From positions 62,001 through 126,000 of the IMG/VR virus record IMGVR_UViG_3300047095_000752: a DNA stretch of 64,000 bases; one strand, given 5' to 3'. The notes under the pieces are model-generated. The model was not told the origin of the DNA and did not search any database. It saw only the letters and a list, made by a program, of their open reading frames with translations. Positions 10,753-21,515 of this stretch are shown in pieces. Both the position numbers and the translations under genes were made by a program. Numbering within the stretch: position 1 is the first letter of the stretch; every line of letters starts with the position of its first letter.

Positions 10753-12579
10753 TCAATAAATATACTTGTCGAGTACAAGATCTTTCTTAAGTTTCGGATC
10801 CTTCATAAGATCAAATAACTTTTTACAAATAACGTCATCCCATTCGATTGGGATTAACTTTCGGTGAGCTTCATCTAAAGTTATTTTCTTTAGTTCAGGT
10901 GGGTTAAATTGACCCAATCCTTTGAATCGACGTATTTTATTATTTCCAGCTTCTCTGGCTTTATCCAGTTCAACTTGATTCCATATGGGGACGAATTTAG
11001 CGTTAAGTCCATATCCAAACAATGGAGTTTTACATACATATAGCTTTTTAGCTTGAATTAATTCTGGAGTCAATTTGGCGAATAATGTTATTAGCAGAGC
11101 CGTTATAAATTCCCCCGCCGGGTCAGCATCCGCGCTCAAAATTATTTTAGAATATCTTAATTTATCAATATTACAATGAGGAGTTATACCGCACCCAATT
11201 GCAGTTATAATATCTTTAACTACATCATTTGCCAATACTTCTGATAACCGTTTACGAGTTACATTTACAACCACTCCCCGTAGTGGAAGGATGGCGTGCT
11301 TAGTAGGATCCCGCATTTGAAGAAGACCGCCAATAGCAGATTCTCCTTCACCAATCAGGAGTTCTCCGCCTTCTTTAGTGCAATCTCGTAACTTATTAAA
11401 TCCGGGTATGCTTCGCTTTGATGTGTTGTTTGCATTTTTGTTTATCTTTTTGTTTTGCATTGATGTACGATAATATTCGAATTTTTCTAGAATCTCATTC
11501 AAGTTGGGTAACTTCTTGAAATATGATTCCATTAAAGCTGGGATAGCATCCATAACCAATAGATTTGATTTCGAACTTAATTTTTCTTTAGTCTGGGATT
11601 CAAATTCAACATCGACTACTTGCAGATTAATATAGATGCGTAGCCAATTTAAAGCATCTGATGAATTGAACTCAAATTTATTTTTCTTAGCTAATTTTTG
11701 AAATAAATCTTCAATTATATCTTTAACCTTATTAATATGTGCACCCTGCTCAACCTTTACAAAGTTTACCGTGGTGAACACATCCATCTTTGTATTTTCG
11801 GAATTAAAATCCCATCCAATTTTTACTACACATTTTTCAGAATTTTTATTTTCAGTTGTAAATTCATGCCATTCTTTTACATTCTTGCCTAGATAAGATT
11901 CAATAAGATTCGACTCGGAACCTTTTATAGCTATCTTCTCACCATCTACATTCAATACAATATGGACTTGGTCGAAATTCGCCGCTGTGATTATCAATCG
12001 TTCTTTAACAATTGTAGTATTTATCTTTAGTGTATCAAAATGATTTTTATGTGGCTTTACTGTTATTATTGTTGAAAATGCATTTTGAGATTTCTTTTCC
12101 AGTGTGTGTCTTACTGGTTCTTCTTTATACTTAAATTCATATCGCGCATGTTTTTTATTCTTGAATATATTAATCTTCATATATTCTGATAGGGCATTTA
12201 CGCAAGTTAGACCTACACCATGTAGACCACTCGATACTTTATACGCTGAGTCTTCATCATTCTTTTTATATTTACCAGATGTGAAAATTGAATTGCATAT
12301 TAAGATTGGACGATCTTCGTATAACGGTAACTTATGATCGAACGGTATACCACGACCCGAATCCGCTACAATGAATTCCCCGGAATTATTATCGATTTGA
12401 ACATATATATTTTTAGCAAATCCTGCCGATACTTCATCAATTGCATTATCCAAACATTCTAAAAGTAATTTAGTAGGGTCAGCAGATCCACCAATGTACA
12501 TACCGGGTCGTAGACGTATTTGATCTAATGCCCCGAGTTGCTGAATTTTATCTACACCATAATCGTCTTTTTTTGCCAT
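10753..12579 (-). CDS. Type IIA DNA topoisomerase subunit B (GyrB/ParE-like, GHKL ATPase + TOPRIM)
   Basis: IRLRPGMYIG, ECLDNAIDE, DSGRGIP, GLHGVG, GEGESA, PLRG, DAD, RFKGLG. Confidence 0.93.
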   Translation of the reverse strand: MAKKDDYGVDKIQQLGALDQIRLRPGMYIGGSADPTKLLLECLDNAIDEVSAGFAKNIYVQIDNNSGEFIVADSGRGIPFDHKLPLYEDRPILICNSIFTSGKYKKNDEDSAYKVSSGLHGVGLTCVNALSEYMKINIFKNKKHARYEFKYKEEPVRHTLEKKSQNAFSTIITVKPHKNHFDTLKINTTIVKERLIITAANFDQVHIVLNVDGEKIAIKGSESNLIESYLGKNVKEWHEFTTENKNSEKCVVKIGWDFNSENTKMDVFTTVNFVKVEQGAHINKVKDIIEDLFQKLAKKNKFEFNSSDALNWLRIYINLQVVDVEFESQTKEKLSSKSNLLVMDAIPALMESYFKKLPNLNEILEKFEYYRTSMQNKKINKNANNTSKRSIPGFNKLRDCTKEGGELLIGEGESAIGGLLQMRDPTKHAILPLRGVVVNVTRKRLSEVLANDVVKDIITAIGCGITPHCNIDKLRYSKIILSADADPAGEFITALLITLFAKLTPELIQAKKLYVCKTPLFGYGLNAKFVPIWNQVELDKAREAGNNKIRRFKGLGQFNPPELKKITLDEAHRKLIPIEWDDVICKKLFDLMKDPKLKKDLVLDKYIY

Positions 12580-12600
12580 GTTAGTCTTTCTGTTCCTTTA

Positions 12601-12641
12601 AAAAATCCCAGTCAAGAGTATAATATCTTGACTGGGATTTT
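12601..12641. terminator. Perfect 16-bp inverted repeat, bidirectional terminator-like
   Basis: AAAATCCCAGTCAAGA-N8-TCTTGACTGGGATTTT. Confidence 0.75.
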
Positions 12642-12664
12642 AAGTTAATGATGTTATGATTTAA

Positions 12665-13630
12665 TTACAGACCAAGCTCTTCATCACTAAACATATTTCC
12701 GATATCGTCATTATTCATATGATGTACATTTTGAGGTGGTTGATTCTGAGTCACAACATTCTGATATTGAGGTGGCGCTGGGGTGTACTGTGGCTGTTGT
12801 GGAGGCGCGGTCACCGGAGCCACATATTGAGGTTGTGTTACTGGTGGCTGCTGATATTGTGGTGGCGATTGTGGCTGTTGATATTGTGTAGGTTCGGGTT
12901 GGTTATATTGTGGTGGTGCATTATTATATTGAGGTTGATTGTTATATTGTTGGGGTTGCGCTTGATTATTATAAGTCTTCTTATAATTACCTTGCTGATT
13001 ACCACCGGCATTTGGTGGATTTTCTCGAAGTTTATAAATAGCAGAATTAATAACCTTGAACATTGCTTTTTGTAGAAGGATATCATACGGCGCGTCGGTA
13101 CCAACCTTACGCAGAATACCTTCAAATATAGCCAACGAATACACACCACCATACATAGACGAGTTACTTAACATGTACGAACCATTTTTACCATCTTGAC
13201 CCTTAATCCAAACAATAAGCTTATCTGGGTTGGGATCATTCGGTAACAATGAAAATGTAATTATACTAGACTGACGATTAGATCCGGGAGGGGCAGGGTG
13301 CATAATACCCAATGAATTCTTATATTTAGGATCTGTATTTTTGTCTGGATTTTCATATGTACCATTCTTAACCAATGGTAGATGCTTTAGAATATGAATC
13401 ACATTATCATGACTAAGGGTCATACACGCCTTAGCTTCTTCATTATATCGCTTTTCGCCCTTCTGTGGCATCTTACTTACACCAGCTAGGATGGGGGCGA
13501 TATGGAGTTGCAACCGACCATCCATAGCCAATTCGAGTCCGAAGCGAGCTTTCGAACTACAGAATGTATACGGGTATGTATTGGCGCGAGTGCATATATT
13601 GAAGATTTGGTCTGTCACTTCAGAAGACAT
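12665..13630 (-). CDS. Hypothetical protein with Q/P/Y-rich tail and acidic C-terminus (possible ssDNA-binding/recombination mediator)
   Basis: Globular N-domain, repeats of PQY(N/Q)Q, ends MFSDEELGL, SSB-like architecture. Confidence 0.55.
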   Translation of the reverse strand: MSSEVTDQIFNICTRANTYPYTFCSSKARFGLELAMDGRLQLHIAPILAGVSKMPQKGEKRYNEEAKACMTLSHDNVIHILKHLPLVKNGTYENPDKNTDPKYKNSLGIMHPAPPGSNRQSSIITFSLLPNDPNPDKLIVWIKGQDGKNGSYMLSNSSMYGGVYSLAIFEGILRKVGTDAPYDILLQKAMFKVINSAIYKLRENPPNAGGNQQGNYKKTYNNQAQPQQYNNQPQYNNAPPQYNQPEPTQYQQPQSPPQYQQPPVTQPQYVAPVTAPPQQPQYTPAPPQYQNVVTQNQPPQNVHHMNNDDIGNMFSDEELGL

Positions 13631-14380
13631 TTACAACAAGTCCTTTTCGTTAAGGTTATGCTTTGAGGTTTCTTTTTGAATGATTTCCCACTTATAAAAT
13701 GGGTGTATTTCAATATTAGATCCACTATATATATTTTCTTTTATAAGACGTAATATAGTTGGATTTTTATTGTAGTTTCCAATTTTCAGGGACATTGTGT
13801 TATGACTTAATATATCCTTTTTATAGTCTAGTGTGTGGGTGACTTTACTTGCAATTAAATCGTCAAAATCTACCCGATAAAAATTATCAAGTATGTAACT
13901 ATTTAATTCACGTAGGCTAAAGTCGGATATATGACCAGTATTTGATTTAATACTTGAGCATGTGAATACAATTGCAATTTTTTTAATTTCTTCATAAAAG
14001 ATAATATATTTGGAACTTATATAAGGACCGTCTAAAGCGTGATTTAAATTAGAATCCAAGTACTCCGGAAATATATAGTCATTTAATTTTACATAAGATC
14101 CATTCGTTTCAATAATATCTTTAATTATAAAGTGCTTAGATAGACTTACGTCTTTATGGTGGTGGATTGTGGTTCCATTCTTGTTTACACTTTCTTTATA
14201 ATCTAAAATTGAATCTTGAATATAATCATCCATATACGTCAGGTCTCGGCGAGTCATATTTGGAATTTTATTCAGATTTTCTTTTATATTATTGTAATAG
14301 CATAGAAGCAGCTTTAATATCGACTCCGCTCTGATAACGGAGTCGATATTATTATTATACAACAAGTCTGATGTTTTCAT
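13631..14380 (-). CDS. Hypothetical protein
   Basis: 249-aa ORF abutting the next gene. Confidence 0.65.
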   Translation of the reverse strand: MKTSDLLYNNNIDSVIRAESILKLLLCYYNNIKENLNKIPNMTRRDLTYMDDYIQDSILDYKESVNKNGTTIHHHKDVSLSKHFIIKDIIETNGSYVKLNDYIFPEYLDSNLNHALDGPYISSKYIIFYEEIKKIAIVFTCSSIKSNTGHISDFSLRELNSYILDNFYRVDFDDLIASKVTHTLDYKKDILSHNTMSLKIGNYNKNPTILRLIKENIYSGSNIEIHPFYKWEIIQKETSKHNLNEKDLL

Positions 14381-14401
14381 ATAATATAATCCAGCTTTAA
14401 A

Positions 14402-14803
14402 TTATCGGGTGTACTGGTCGAGGACATTCTTGTCCAGATGCGCCACGTTACCCTGCGGCTCCTGTGTGAACTTACCATCAATGAGAGGCGCGGATGGACG
14501 TTCGGACTGTACAGAGTTTGCGGTTCCGATAATAGACTTATACAAAGTCTTTGCGTCATCGGTGGCGTCAATGCTCACTGTGCCGCGAGGGATATTAATA
14601 AACGCGATAGCGGGACTTGATACATTGACATTCTTCAAATAGTTCTGTACTTGTTCGAATCGTTGATCGTTATAGTTTTCTTTGGTGAAAATCAGCCGCT
14701 CGCGACCACGCATCTCAAAACGGATTTCAGCCGAATCAATGATGATTTTGAGAACATCGCCAGCAAATTTAGAGGAGTCGTTTGTAGTTACAACAATTTT
14801 CAT
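14402..14803 (-). CDS. Hypothetical protein
   Basis: First gene after the sigma70 promoter, AAGGA RBS. Confidence 0.7.
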   Translation of the reverse strand: MKIVVTTNDSSKFAGDVLKIIIDSAEIRFEMRGRERLIFTKENYNDQRFEQVQNYLKNVNVSSPAIAFINIPRGTVSIDATDDAKTLYKSIIGTANSVQSERPSAPLIDGKFTQEPQGNVAHLDKNVLDQYTR

Positions 14804-14877
14804 TTTTTCAAATTCCTTCTTGTTTTTGAACTTTGGTGTGATTTAAAAAATTCTGCAGCATTAAACTGCAGAATATA

Positions 14878-14906
14878 ACTATACCAGATTATTTTTTATA
14901 TGTCAA
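14878..14906 (-). promoter_or_regulatory. Sigma70-type promoter for the replication cluster
   Basis: TTGACA-17 nt-TATAGT with TG extended -10. Confidence 0.75.
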
Positions 14907-14907
14907 A

Positions 14908-15423
14908 TTATTCTATAAAGTCTTGTTTCACTTCAATAAATAGTCTTGATATAAATTTTTTATAACTTTCAGCGTCAATGTATTTAATACAATCTATGAG
15001 TAATTTAGGTGCAGATTCTATGTGTAAGAACTGTTCCATCTCTTCGCGAGATATATCTTTATCTATTTTTTTGATCTCGACTAAACTGATCATTTTAATT
15101 TTAATGAATCTTATCGTCTGGATGATGTTTTTAATATATTCATTACGATCATTTATATTATAATTCTCTAATTTCAAATAATTCAAGCTATATGTCTTTG
15201 CAAGTGAATTTAATACTAATGTAAAATAATCGGTATTACTCATATCCAAATGATCTAAATAATACTTGAGCATAGAATCTGAAATTCTTAAATTAAATGA
15301 TCTTAAGAATTCAATTTGATCGTGCTCGAATAATAGATCTTCATTCATTGCAGTCTGTGCGTAGTCCGATTCTTCAGGATCTACAATATGCCCTAAAAAT
15401 CTTTGATCTGTAATACCCATCAT
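14908..15423 (-). CDS. Hypothetical protein
   Basis: 171 aa, GAGGA RBS. Confidence 0.7.
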   Translation of the reverse strand: MMGITDQRFLGHIVDPEESDYAQTAMNEDLLFEHDQIEFLRSFNLRISDSMLKYYLDHLDMSNTDYFTLVLNSLAKTYSLNYLKLENYNINDRNEYIKNIIQTIRFIKIKMISLVEIKKIDKDISREEMEQFLHIESAPKLLIDCIKYIDAESYKKFISRLFIEVKQDFIE

Positions 15424-15547
15424 AATCCTCTTTACTGTTAAAAAATATATAACAAAAAAATCGTAACTTCAATTAATGAATGACTTTATGATATATGAAG
15501 ATCGCATATACTTTAATCTGGGATAAAAATAAACCAGAGTATATACT

Positions 15548-15567
15548 CAATACTTAATATATATAAT
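15548..15567 (-). promoter_or_regulatory. AT-rich repeated motif (putative early promoter)
   Basis: CAATACTTAATATATATAAT. Confidence 0.5.
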
Positions 15568-15572
15568 CGTAC

Positions 15573-15797
15573 TTATTTTGGAGTTGGTAATGGTTTACCG
15601 GTTATCGATCTTCCCTTTAAAGCTCTCTTATCAATTTCATTTTTAAGGGCTGCAGCGGCAAGTACTCGACGATTTGCATCCACGGTCTTGATCGTCTGTC
15701 CAGCAAAAGGAACTGAGTTCTTTGTAGTTACACTTGCTGCTGGTACATATGGTACTTTCATGTGCTCATCTTCATAGAAAAATTGAGTAGTAAACAT
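15573..15797 (-). CDS. Small basic protein downstream of RNAP beta-C (possible head protein)
   Basis: 74 aa, AAGGA RBS, N-terminal FFYED. Confidence 0.6.
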   Translation of the reverse strand: MFTTQFFYEDEHMKVPYVPAASVTTKNSVPFAGQTIKTVDANRRVLAAAALKNEIDKRALKGRSITGKPLPTPK

Positions 15798-15829
15798 TAA
15801 TATAATCCTTTATAGTTTATTTTTAAACA

Positions 15830-18313
15830 TTAACTCTTTAGTAGGATCGCTGACATGTACTGAGAAAATATTTCTTTCACGGGGTTTTGACGTGATACCT
15901 TAAAGGTTGCATCCCCCTTTTGAACGATCTCGGAAATCAATTCGTTTTTAACCCCGTGATCCGAACTCTGAGGTCCGAACAATTCATCGAGCAATACAGG
16001 TACATCCCAAGCAAGAAGCGAGTATAAGTCGCCTTCACCGATCTTCTGTCCGCCTCCTCGTTTAGCACCAGCCGTGGGAGCTAAAGTCCCAGTAGCATAG
16101 GAGCCGGTCGATCTCGCTGAAATCTTCTTATCCGACATATGCTCAAGTTTGTTTACATATAAATAACCAACCGAAATTGGATCTGTAATTTTATTATTAA
16201 ACGTAGGTAGCATTAATGGATATTTGGTTTTAAGTCCTAATACACGTAAAGCTTTTAATATATTATCTCTAGCTGGAGTTTTAAATGGAGGAAATACTAA
16301 AGGTACAAATCCGTTTTCTTTAATTTGATTGACCATATCCCTGTACATTGGATCGCTCATTGATTTAAGCTTAGTTATACTACTTTTACTGTAATGGAAT
16401 CCGTCTGTATTATCGAGAAGTGATAAAGCTGCAGCATATTTTGTGGTAAATTCTATTCTGGATTTTGTGGTTGCAATTATGGCTAACTCTTTGGCGATCA
16501 ACCCTGTGTGTAGCTCCATTAGCTGACCGGGGTTCATTCGATTAATTACAGATAGAGTTGAATATAACATTTCAATTTTACGACCATCTGGCATCCGAGG
16601 CATCTCATCATCGGGGACAATTGCCGCAACTACACCTTTATTGAACGCTCTATTATTAAGTTTATCCCCCTTGATCATTTGAAGCTCTTGTTGGATCGTG
16701 AATTTAATTAAGACCCCGATAAATGGCTTTCCACGTTCCTTAAATGACCCCAGAGGGTATCTACCATTGAGACGAGTGTAGCGCTCACGGAATGCTTCGA
16801 ACGCCGGTACAAGCAACTGAGGGATGTCCTCTTCGGGTATATTTGAATATACTTCGATATCTACAATCTTACCACCATCCGCTCTTAAGTGCTTCAAAGT
16901 TTGGGTATCGTAAAGGGTGGTAGAGTGTGTCATCAACACCGCCCCTTTATCTACATAATCCCCAATATTGGCTATAAATGAAAGATCGTCTTCTTCGGTT
17001 ATATACACACTTTGTTCTTCTTGGTGGAGAGATGTGAATCTTTTCGATGCACTTTCGCTCACAACCATGCCATCCTCGAAGTTATACCCATACCAAGGCA
17101 TAAACGCGCAAAGCATGTTGATCCCAGTGCTGATTATCCCATCCTTTACACCGGATCCTTCGGCTAAGATCTCTCCAGTTTTTACTTTTTGTCCGATCTT
17201 GACTAAAGTTTGAAATACTCCAAGTCCATTTTTGCCCTGCCCAGATTTTAACAACACAGGTTTAATATCTACAGCATGGATCTTATTTTTATCATCTCTT
17301 ATAATAATTTCAAGTGTAGTTATATCCGTAATGACACCATCAATGGGGGCTTTTTTAATAAACGAATCTGATAATAGACCCGATAATACACTTTCAAATC
17401 CAGTTTGGATCGCTGGAAATTCTTTATACTTAAGTGGGATCGCTTGTTTAGCCTGACCTGACGCCATGCAAACGCGAGCACCTTCATTTGATTCAACGAA
17501 TGGGATCATTGCCGGTCCGACAGAAAGGATCTCGTGCGGCATGACCTTTGATCGATCTCGTTCGGCAAATAATCCACGGGTGTTTGTTAGTGCAGATCCA
17601 ATCGTTAAATGTTGTAGGATCCCCATTTTATCCGATGCAGGTGTATCCAACGGATCGATGTTACCAAAATAGCTTGGGTGAATATTCATTGCTGCTGCGG
17701 GCCACGCTGCCGCTTTTGGGATCCCGCCGATCCCAATCGGCGTGATCCGCGTCAGCATGCTCAATTCCTCAAGTGGATTTATATTTTCAGCCGTAGTAAA
17801 GTTCTGACTTGTTACGATCAGACTCATAACGGTAGTGGGATTTATGAATAAACGGGCATCCTTATCACCTGAAAGGCGCTTTGACATATATTCGGTATAA
17901 GCCGCATTCAACTGCTTTTGGAGCAGAGATACGAATACTTCGGATGATCGAACGCGCAAGTTATGGGTGTCATTCCAATCGTCAATACGACCTTTTACTA
18001 CCTCCTCAACCATGTTTTGGATTATATATCTTAACTCGGTTGGGTGATTGCGGCTGGCCAAGATGTTCTTCTCAATAGCAGTCACGATATTATCGAGAAT
18101 GTTATTGAGGATATAGGTACAGTTTCTATTACCTATAGACTTTTCAAGAACACTCTGCCAGAACAATGGAGTTTCCATCGCATCTATATTTTTTGGGAAA
18201 AACGGAACAGATTTATTGAAGCATTCAATTTGTTGCTTCCCTGCCTCATTATTGTCCGCGCACTCGAATGTTGCAATTTGCCCATTAGGTAATTTTATAG
18301 ATCTATTGTACAT
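15830..18313 (-). CDS. rpoB: DNA-directed RNA polymerase beta subunit, C-terminal fragment
   Basis: NPLEELSMLTR, YNFEDG, GDKLNNRAFNKGVV, RMNPGQ, KLEHMSDKKISARSTG, GGQKIGE. Confidence 0.95.
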   Translation of the reverse strand: MYNRSIKLPNGQIATFECADNNEAGKQQIECFNKSVPFFPKNIDAMETPLFWQSVLEKSIGNRNCTYILNNILDNIVTAIEKNILASRNHPTELRYIIQNMVEEVVKGRIDDWNDTHNLRVRSSEVFVSLLQKQLNAAYTEYMSKRLSGDKDARLFINPTTVMSLIVTSQNFTTAENINPLEELSMLTRITPIGIGGIPKAAAWPAAAMNIHPSYFGNIDPLDTPASDKMGILQHLTIGSALTNTRGLFAERDRSKVMPHEILSVGPAMIPFVESNEGARVCMASGQAKQAIPLKYKEFPAIQTGFESVLSGLLSDSFIKKAPIDGVITDITTLEIIIRDDKNKIHAVDIKPVLLKSGQGKNGLGVFQTLVKIGQKVKTGEILAEGSGVKDGIISTGINMLCAFMPWYGYNFEDGMVVSESASKRFTSLHQEEQSVYITEEDDLSFIANIGDYVDKGAVLMTHSTTLYDTQTLKHLRADGGKIVDIEVYSNIPEEDIPQLLVPAFEAFRERYTRLNGRYPLGSFKERGKPFIGVLIKFTIQQELQMIKGDKLNNRAFNKGVVAAIVPDDEMPRMPDGRKIEMLYSTLSVINRMNPGQLMELHTGLIAKELAIIATTKSRIEFTTKYAAALSLLDNTDGFHYSKSSITKLKSMSDPMYRDMVNQIKENGFVPLVFPPFKTPARDNILKALRVLGLKTKYPLMLPTFNNKITDPISVGYLYVNKLEHMSDKKISARSTGSYATGTLAPTAGAKRGGGQKIGEGDLYSLLAWDVPVLLDELFGPQSSDHGVKNELISEIVQKGDATFKVSRQNPVKEIFSQYMSAILLKS

Positions 18314-18353
18314 AAATTTTCCTCTAAACCGAATAAAATGTTGGGGTTATATA

Positions 18354-18366
18354 TAGAAATTTGTCC
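18354..18366 (-). promoter_or_regulatory. Putative phage late promoter RACA-N6-TA
   Basis: GGACAAATTTCTA upstream of beta-C; 4 copies in the window. Confidence 0.55.
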
Positions 18367-18426
18367 TACGATATGATATCATATGTATATGTAGTATGTA
18401 AAAAGTTTAAATAAAAGGATTTAAAT

Positions 18427-19191
18427 ATGCCTGTAAAATTGAAATATGATTTTGTTTACAATTTCTTTAAAGAAAAAGGTTGTGAATTATTAGAAACGGA
18501 ATATGTCGGTACACACACTAAAATGAGATATATATGTGAATGTGGTGATGAAAGTGTAATCTCATATAATAAGTTCCAACGAGGTAACAGATGCGCAAAA
18601 TGTGCCGGTAATGAAAAACATACATATGAAGAAGTATATAAGGCATTTGCCTCTAAAGGCTATGAGTTGTTAGAAACTGAATATGTTAATATAGGTACCA
18701 AAATGAGATATAAATGTGAATGTGGTAATGTAAGTGAAATAAGATTTTACGCTTTCAAAAGGGGAAGTGGATGTAAAAAATGTCAAATCGAAAATAATTC
18801 CGGAGAAAATCACTACAGATTTAAAAAAGATCGTTCCCGATTATGCCGAACTACTTATTTATCGTTTGATCTTAAAAAACTCCACATCTTAAAAGACGAT
18901 CCAAATTATGATAACCACCTTCAATCCAAACATAAAGCTCAATTAAATCCTTCCCGTTGGGCTAAATCCGAGTACGCTGTAGATCATATATTCCCTCGCG
19001 TAGCTTTCATAGATAACAATTTAGATAATATTCACGGGGGAGTATTAATCAAAGAAATCTGCAATCTCAGAGAAAACTTAAGAATAATAAATAGAAAAGA
19101 TAACCAAACAAAAGCCGGAAAATACTCCCAAGAAGACTTCCTCCAATGGTTTAACAATAACCTAAATAAAAAAATAAAAGCCAGTGTATAA
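18427..19191 (+). CDS. HNH-family putative homing endonuclease with zinc-ribbon repeats
   Basis: Repeats ELLETEYV..KMRYxCECG..F.RG..CxKC; VDHIFP...NLR...N..K; AAGGA RBS; the only convincing plus-strand gene. Confidence 0.85.
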   Translation: MPVKLKYDFVYNFFKEKGCELLETEYVGTHTKMRYICECGDESVISYNKFQRGNRCAKCAGNEKHTYEEVYKAFASKGYELLETEYVNIGTKMRYKCECGNVSEIRFYAFKRGSGCKKCQIENNSGENHYRFKKDRSRLCRTTYLSFDLKKLHILKDDPNYDNHLQSKHKAQLNPSRWAKSEYAVDHIFPRVAFIDNNLDNIHGGVLIKEICNLRENLRIINRKDNQTKAGKYSQEDFLQWFNNNLNKKIKASV

Positions 19192-19215
19192 ACTGACTTT
19201 AAATATTATAATATA

Positions 19216-21349
19216 TTATTTCATTTTTAGAAAATAAGGATTTTTTAAATTTGTGGAATAACGCTTAATGTTTGGTGTGTACATATACAGTTGGATGTTA
19301 ACATGAGACCCATCTCTCGGATATAACGCAAGAGCCACATTAAATGAACTTACATAGAAATTAATGTTACACATCCCATATTGGGCGATACTATTTATCA
19401 ATTGTGTTATCCTATGTCCGATTTTAGCATATCCTTTGAACATATCATACATCGAAGTTCACCATCGGTTTGTCATCCTTATAGGTCTTTTATAATATGC
19501 CGGTCCTATCGACTTGATCATTGGAGTATATACATAGAGATGCCAATGTATTAGCTTCCGACCATCCAGTCGGGGTGAGTGTAATATATCAACGCCTACA
19601 CTTGTCAGTGTATAAAAGTGAACACGTAATAACTCAAATCCAAGTATACTATCTATAAACATTTTTAATTTTTCTGTCACGGTTTGAATATTTTTATAGG
19701 TCATAACCCCATAGTCCCTAATAACATCGGTCGTTTATATGTATCGCCGGACATCCTATTACTGGCGGCATAAGCATAAATGTGAAATTTATAGCTATAT
19801 CCATTCGTTACCGAGAAAAAACCAATCCCAACATTACCGGTCGCACCATAAAAATTTATAGACCATATCTCGTGTCCTGTTATTTTTTCCATGAATTTAC
19901 TTAACATATGCGCGACTCTTCTAATAACATTAATGGGCATATTTAATCATCCTTATCATTTCTTTATTGGATTTTTTTGGTAAAGTTCCATGATTACTTA
20001 TGTACTTGTATATATTTAAATGTATTTGATCTGATGTTACATAAGCGCCGTGTTTAAAAATACGAACCCCTACATTTTTAGTTATAGGAAAGTAAATGAT
20101 GTCATAAAATCCAATTCCAAGAATCTTATTTATAAAGCGGATGAGCCGCCTCGCTATTTTTATAGTGAAACTACTCATGAATAGGCACCTTTCCATTGAA
20201 TGCATACGTCAGTACCCATGCCGCGTCGGATTATTTCGCATTTGTTCTTTATAAGACATCCCAAACGTATGAGCTTCAAGATGGAGCCAGCACGAAAACA
20301 TTCCTATATGTTCGTACATTATTATCCTTGACGTTGTATTATTTAGTACTATATAGTTTTTATTGTTAGGTTGTTCAAAGGATTTTATATGGGTTCTGAT
20401 GTCATATATAAGGGCGCTTGATACCGATTTATTTATTGCGTTTAAAAATTTTTCAATCCAATATGATGAATCGTAGATCCATTCGTCCATTTGTGTTTTA
20501 TGTGAAAGCATACTAATCTTTTTTTATTAATTTTTTTGATATTAAAATATACTTGGTTGATAGCGGTCGGACGCTATTATGACGAGATCGCATTTGTTCT
20601 CCTACGCTTACTTTACCATTCCTCATGTAAACTCCTTTTAAAGTTAATAAATAATATGGTGCATACAACAGAATATATGTAAGCTTTTTGAATTTCTTTT
20701 GGATAAATAAATTACATAGTGTGATTCTGTATATCTTAAAAAGTGATTTGTTAAGGTGGTGTGTATATAAAAATCTAAATTAAAATTACTAACTACGTGA
20801 AATACCTTATTTATAAACTTTGCGATAATATATAGGGTGTGCCCAGTATACTCTTCAAAATAAGGTGCTATATTTATCATTTGTAATAGCTTATTTTATG
20901 ATGTAAAAATGAAATGCATAAAAATCCGTATCTATTATTATTCATTATTTTAAAGTTAGATTGGTGCAGAGCTATATTATTTGTTGGTATTCCAACGTGG
21001 ACCATATATCTTATAAGTGATGTGTGTTGAGCCGTGATAGTATTTACAAAGAGTCGCAGTATATTTGATAAATTACCTACAATTGTCACATATGCTTTTC
21101 GCATTTGATTGAAATTCATTATATTGTATACCTTATTTTAAACACAGTAAAGTAAACTTGTAATAGATGATGAGTTCTTAAATTTAATACTGAGAGTACA
21201 GATGGGATGGAGTAGTTCTCAATTGCTAAAACAACTATGTGATGAATATCGGGGCGTGATATATTTAATGCATTTATAAGCAATCTAATAGTGGAGCCTA
21301 CATTAAGACATGTCAGTTTAATGCAAGTATTATAGTGGTTACTAATCAT
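19216..21349 (-). CDS. Tandem array of 8 short paralogous hypothetical ORFs (76-100 aa)
   Basis: ORFs at 19216, 19459, 19701, 19930, 20209, 20644, 20877, 21119; overlapping stop/start codons; shared helix (L/I)xxFI(N/D)xI. Confidence 0.6.
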
Positions 21350-21515
21350 TTCTGTATACTTTATAAAAATCTATGATTACATCCAATGCTAAGCTAGCAA
21401 TTATACCTACTATTGCAGATTCTATAAAATTCATATTCCATATTTGATCTGTTACAATTATACATGTGAGGACGAATAAAAAATACGATACAGTACGTAA
21501 CCAAGGTCGATTCAT
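21342..21515 (-). CDS. Small membrane protein (57 aa, not in ORF track)
   Basis: MNRPWLRTVSYFLFVLTCIIV...AIVGIIASLALDVII; ATGA overlap and GGAGG RBS. Confidence 0.6.
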   Translation of the reverse strand: MNRPWLRTVSYFLFVLTCIIVTDQIWNMNFIESAIVGIIASLALDVIIDFYKVYRND

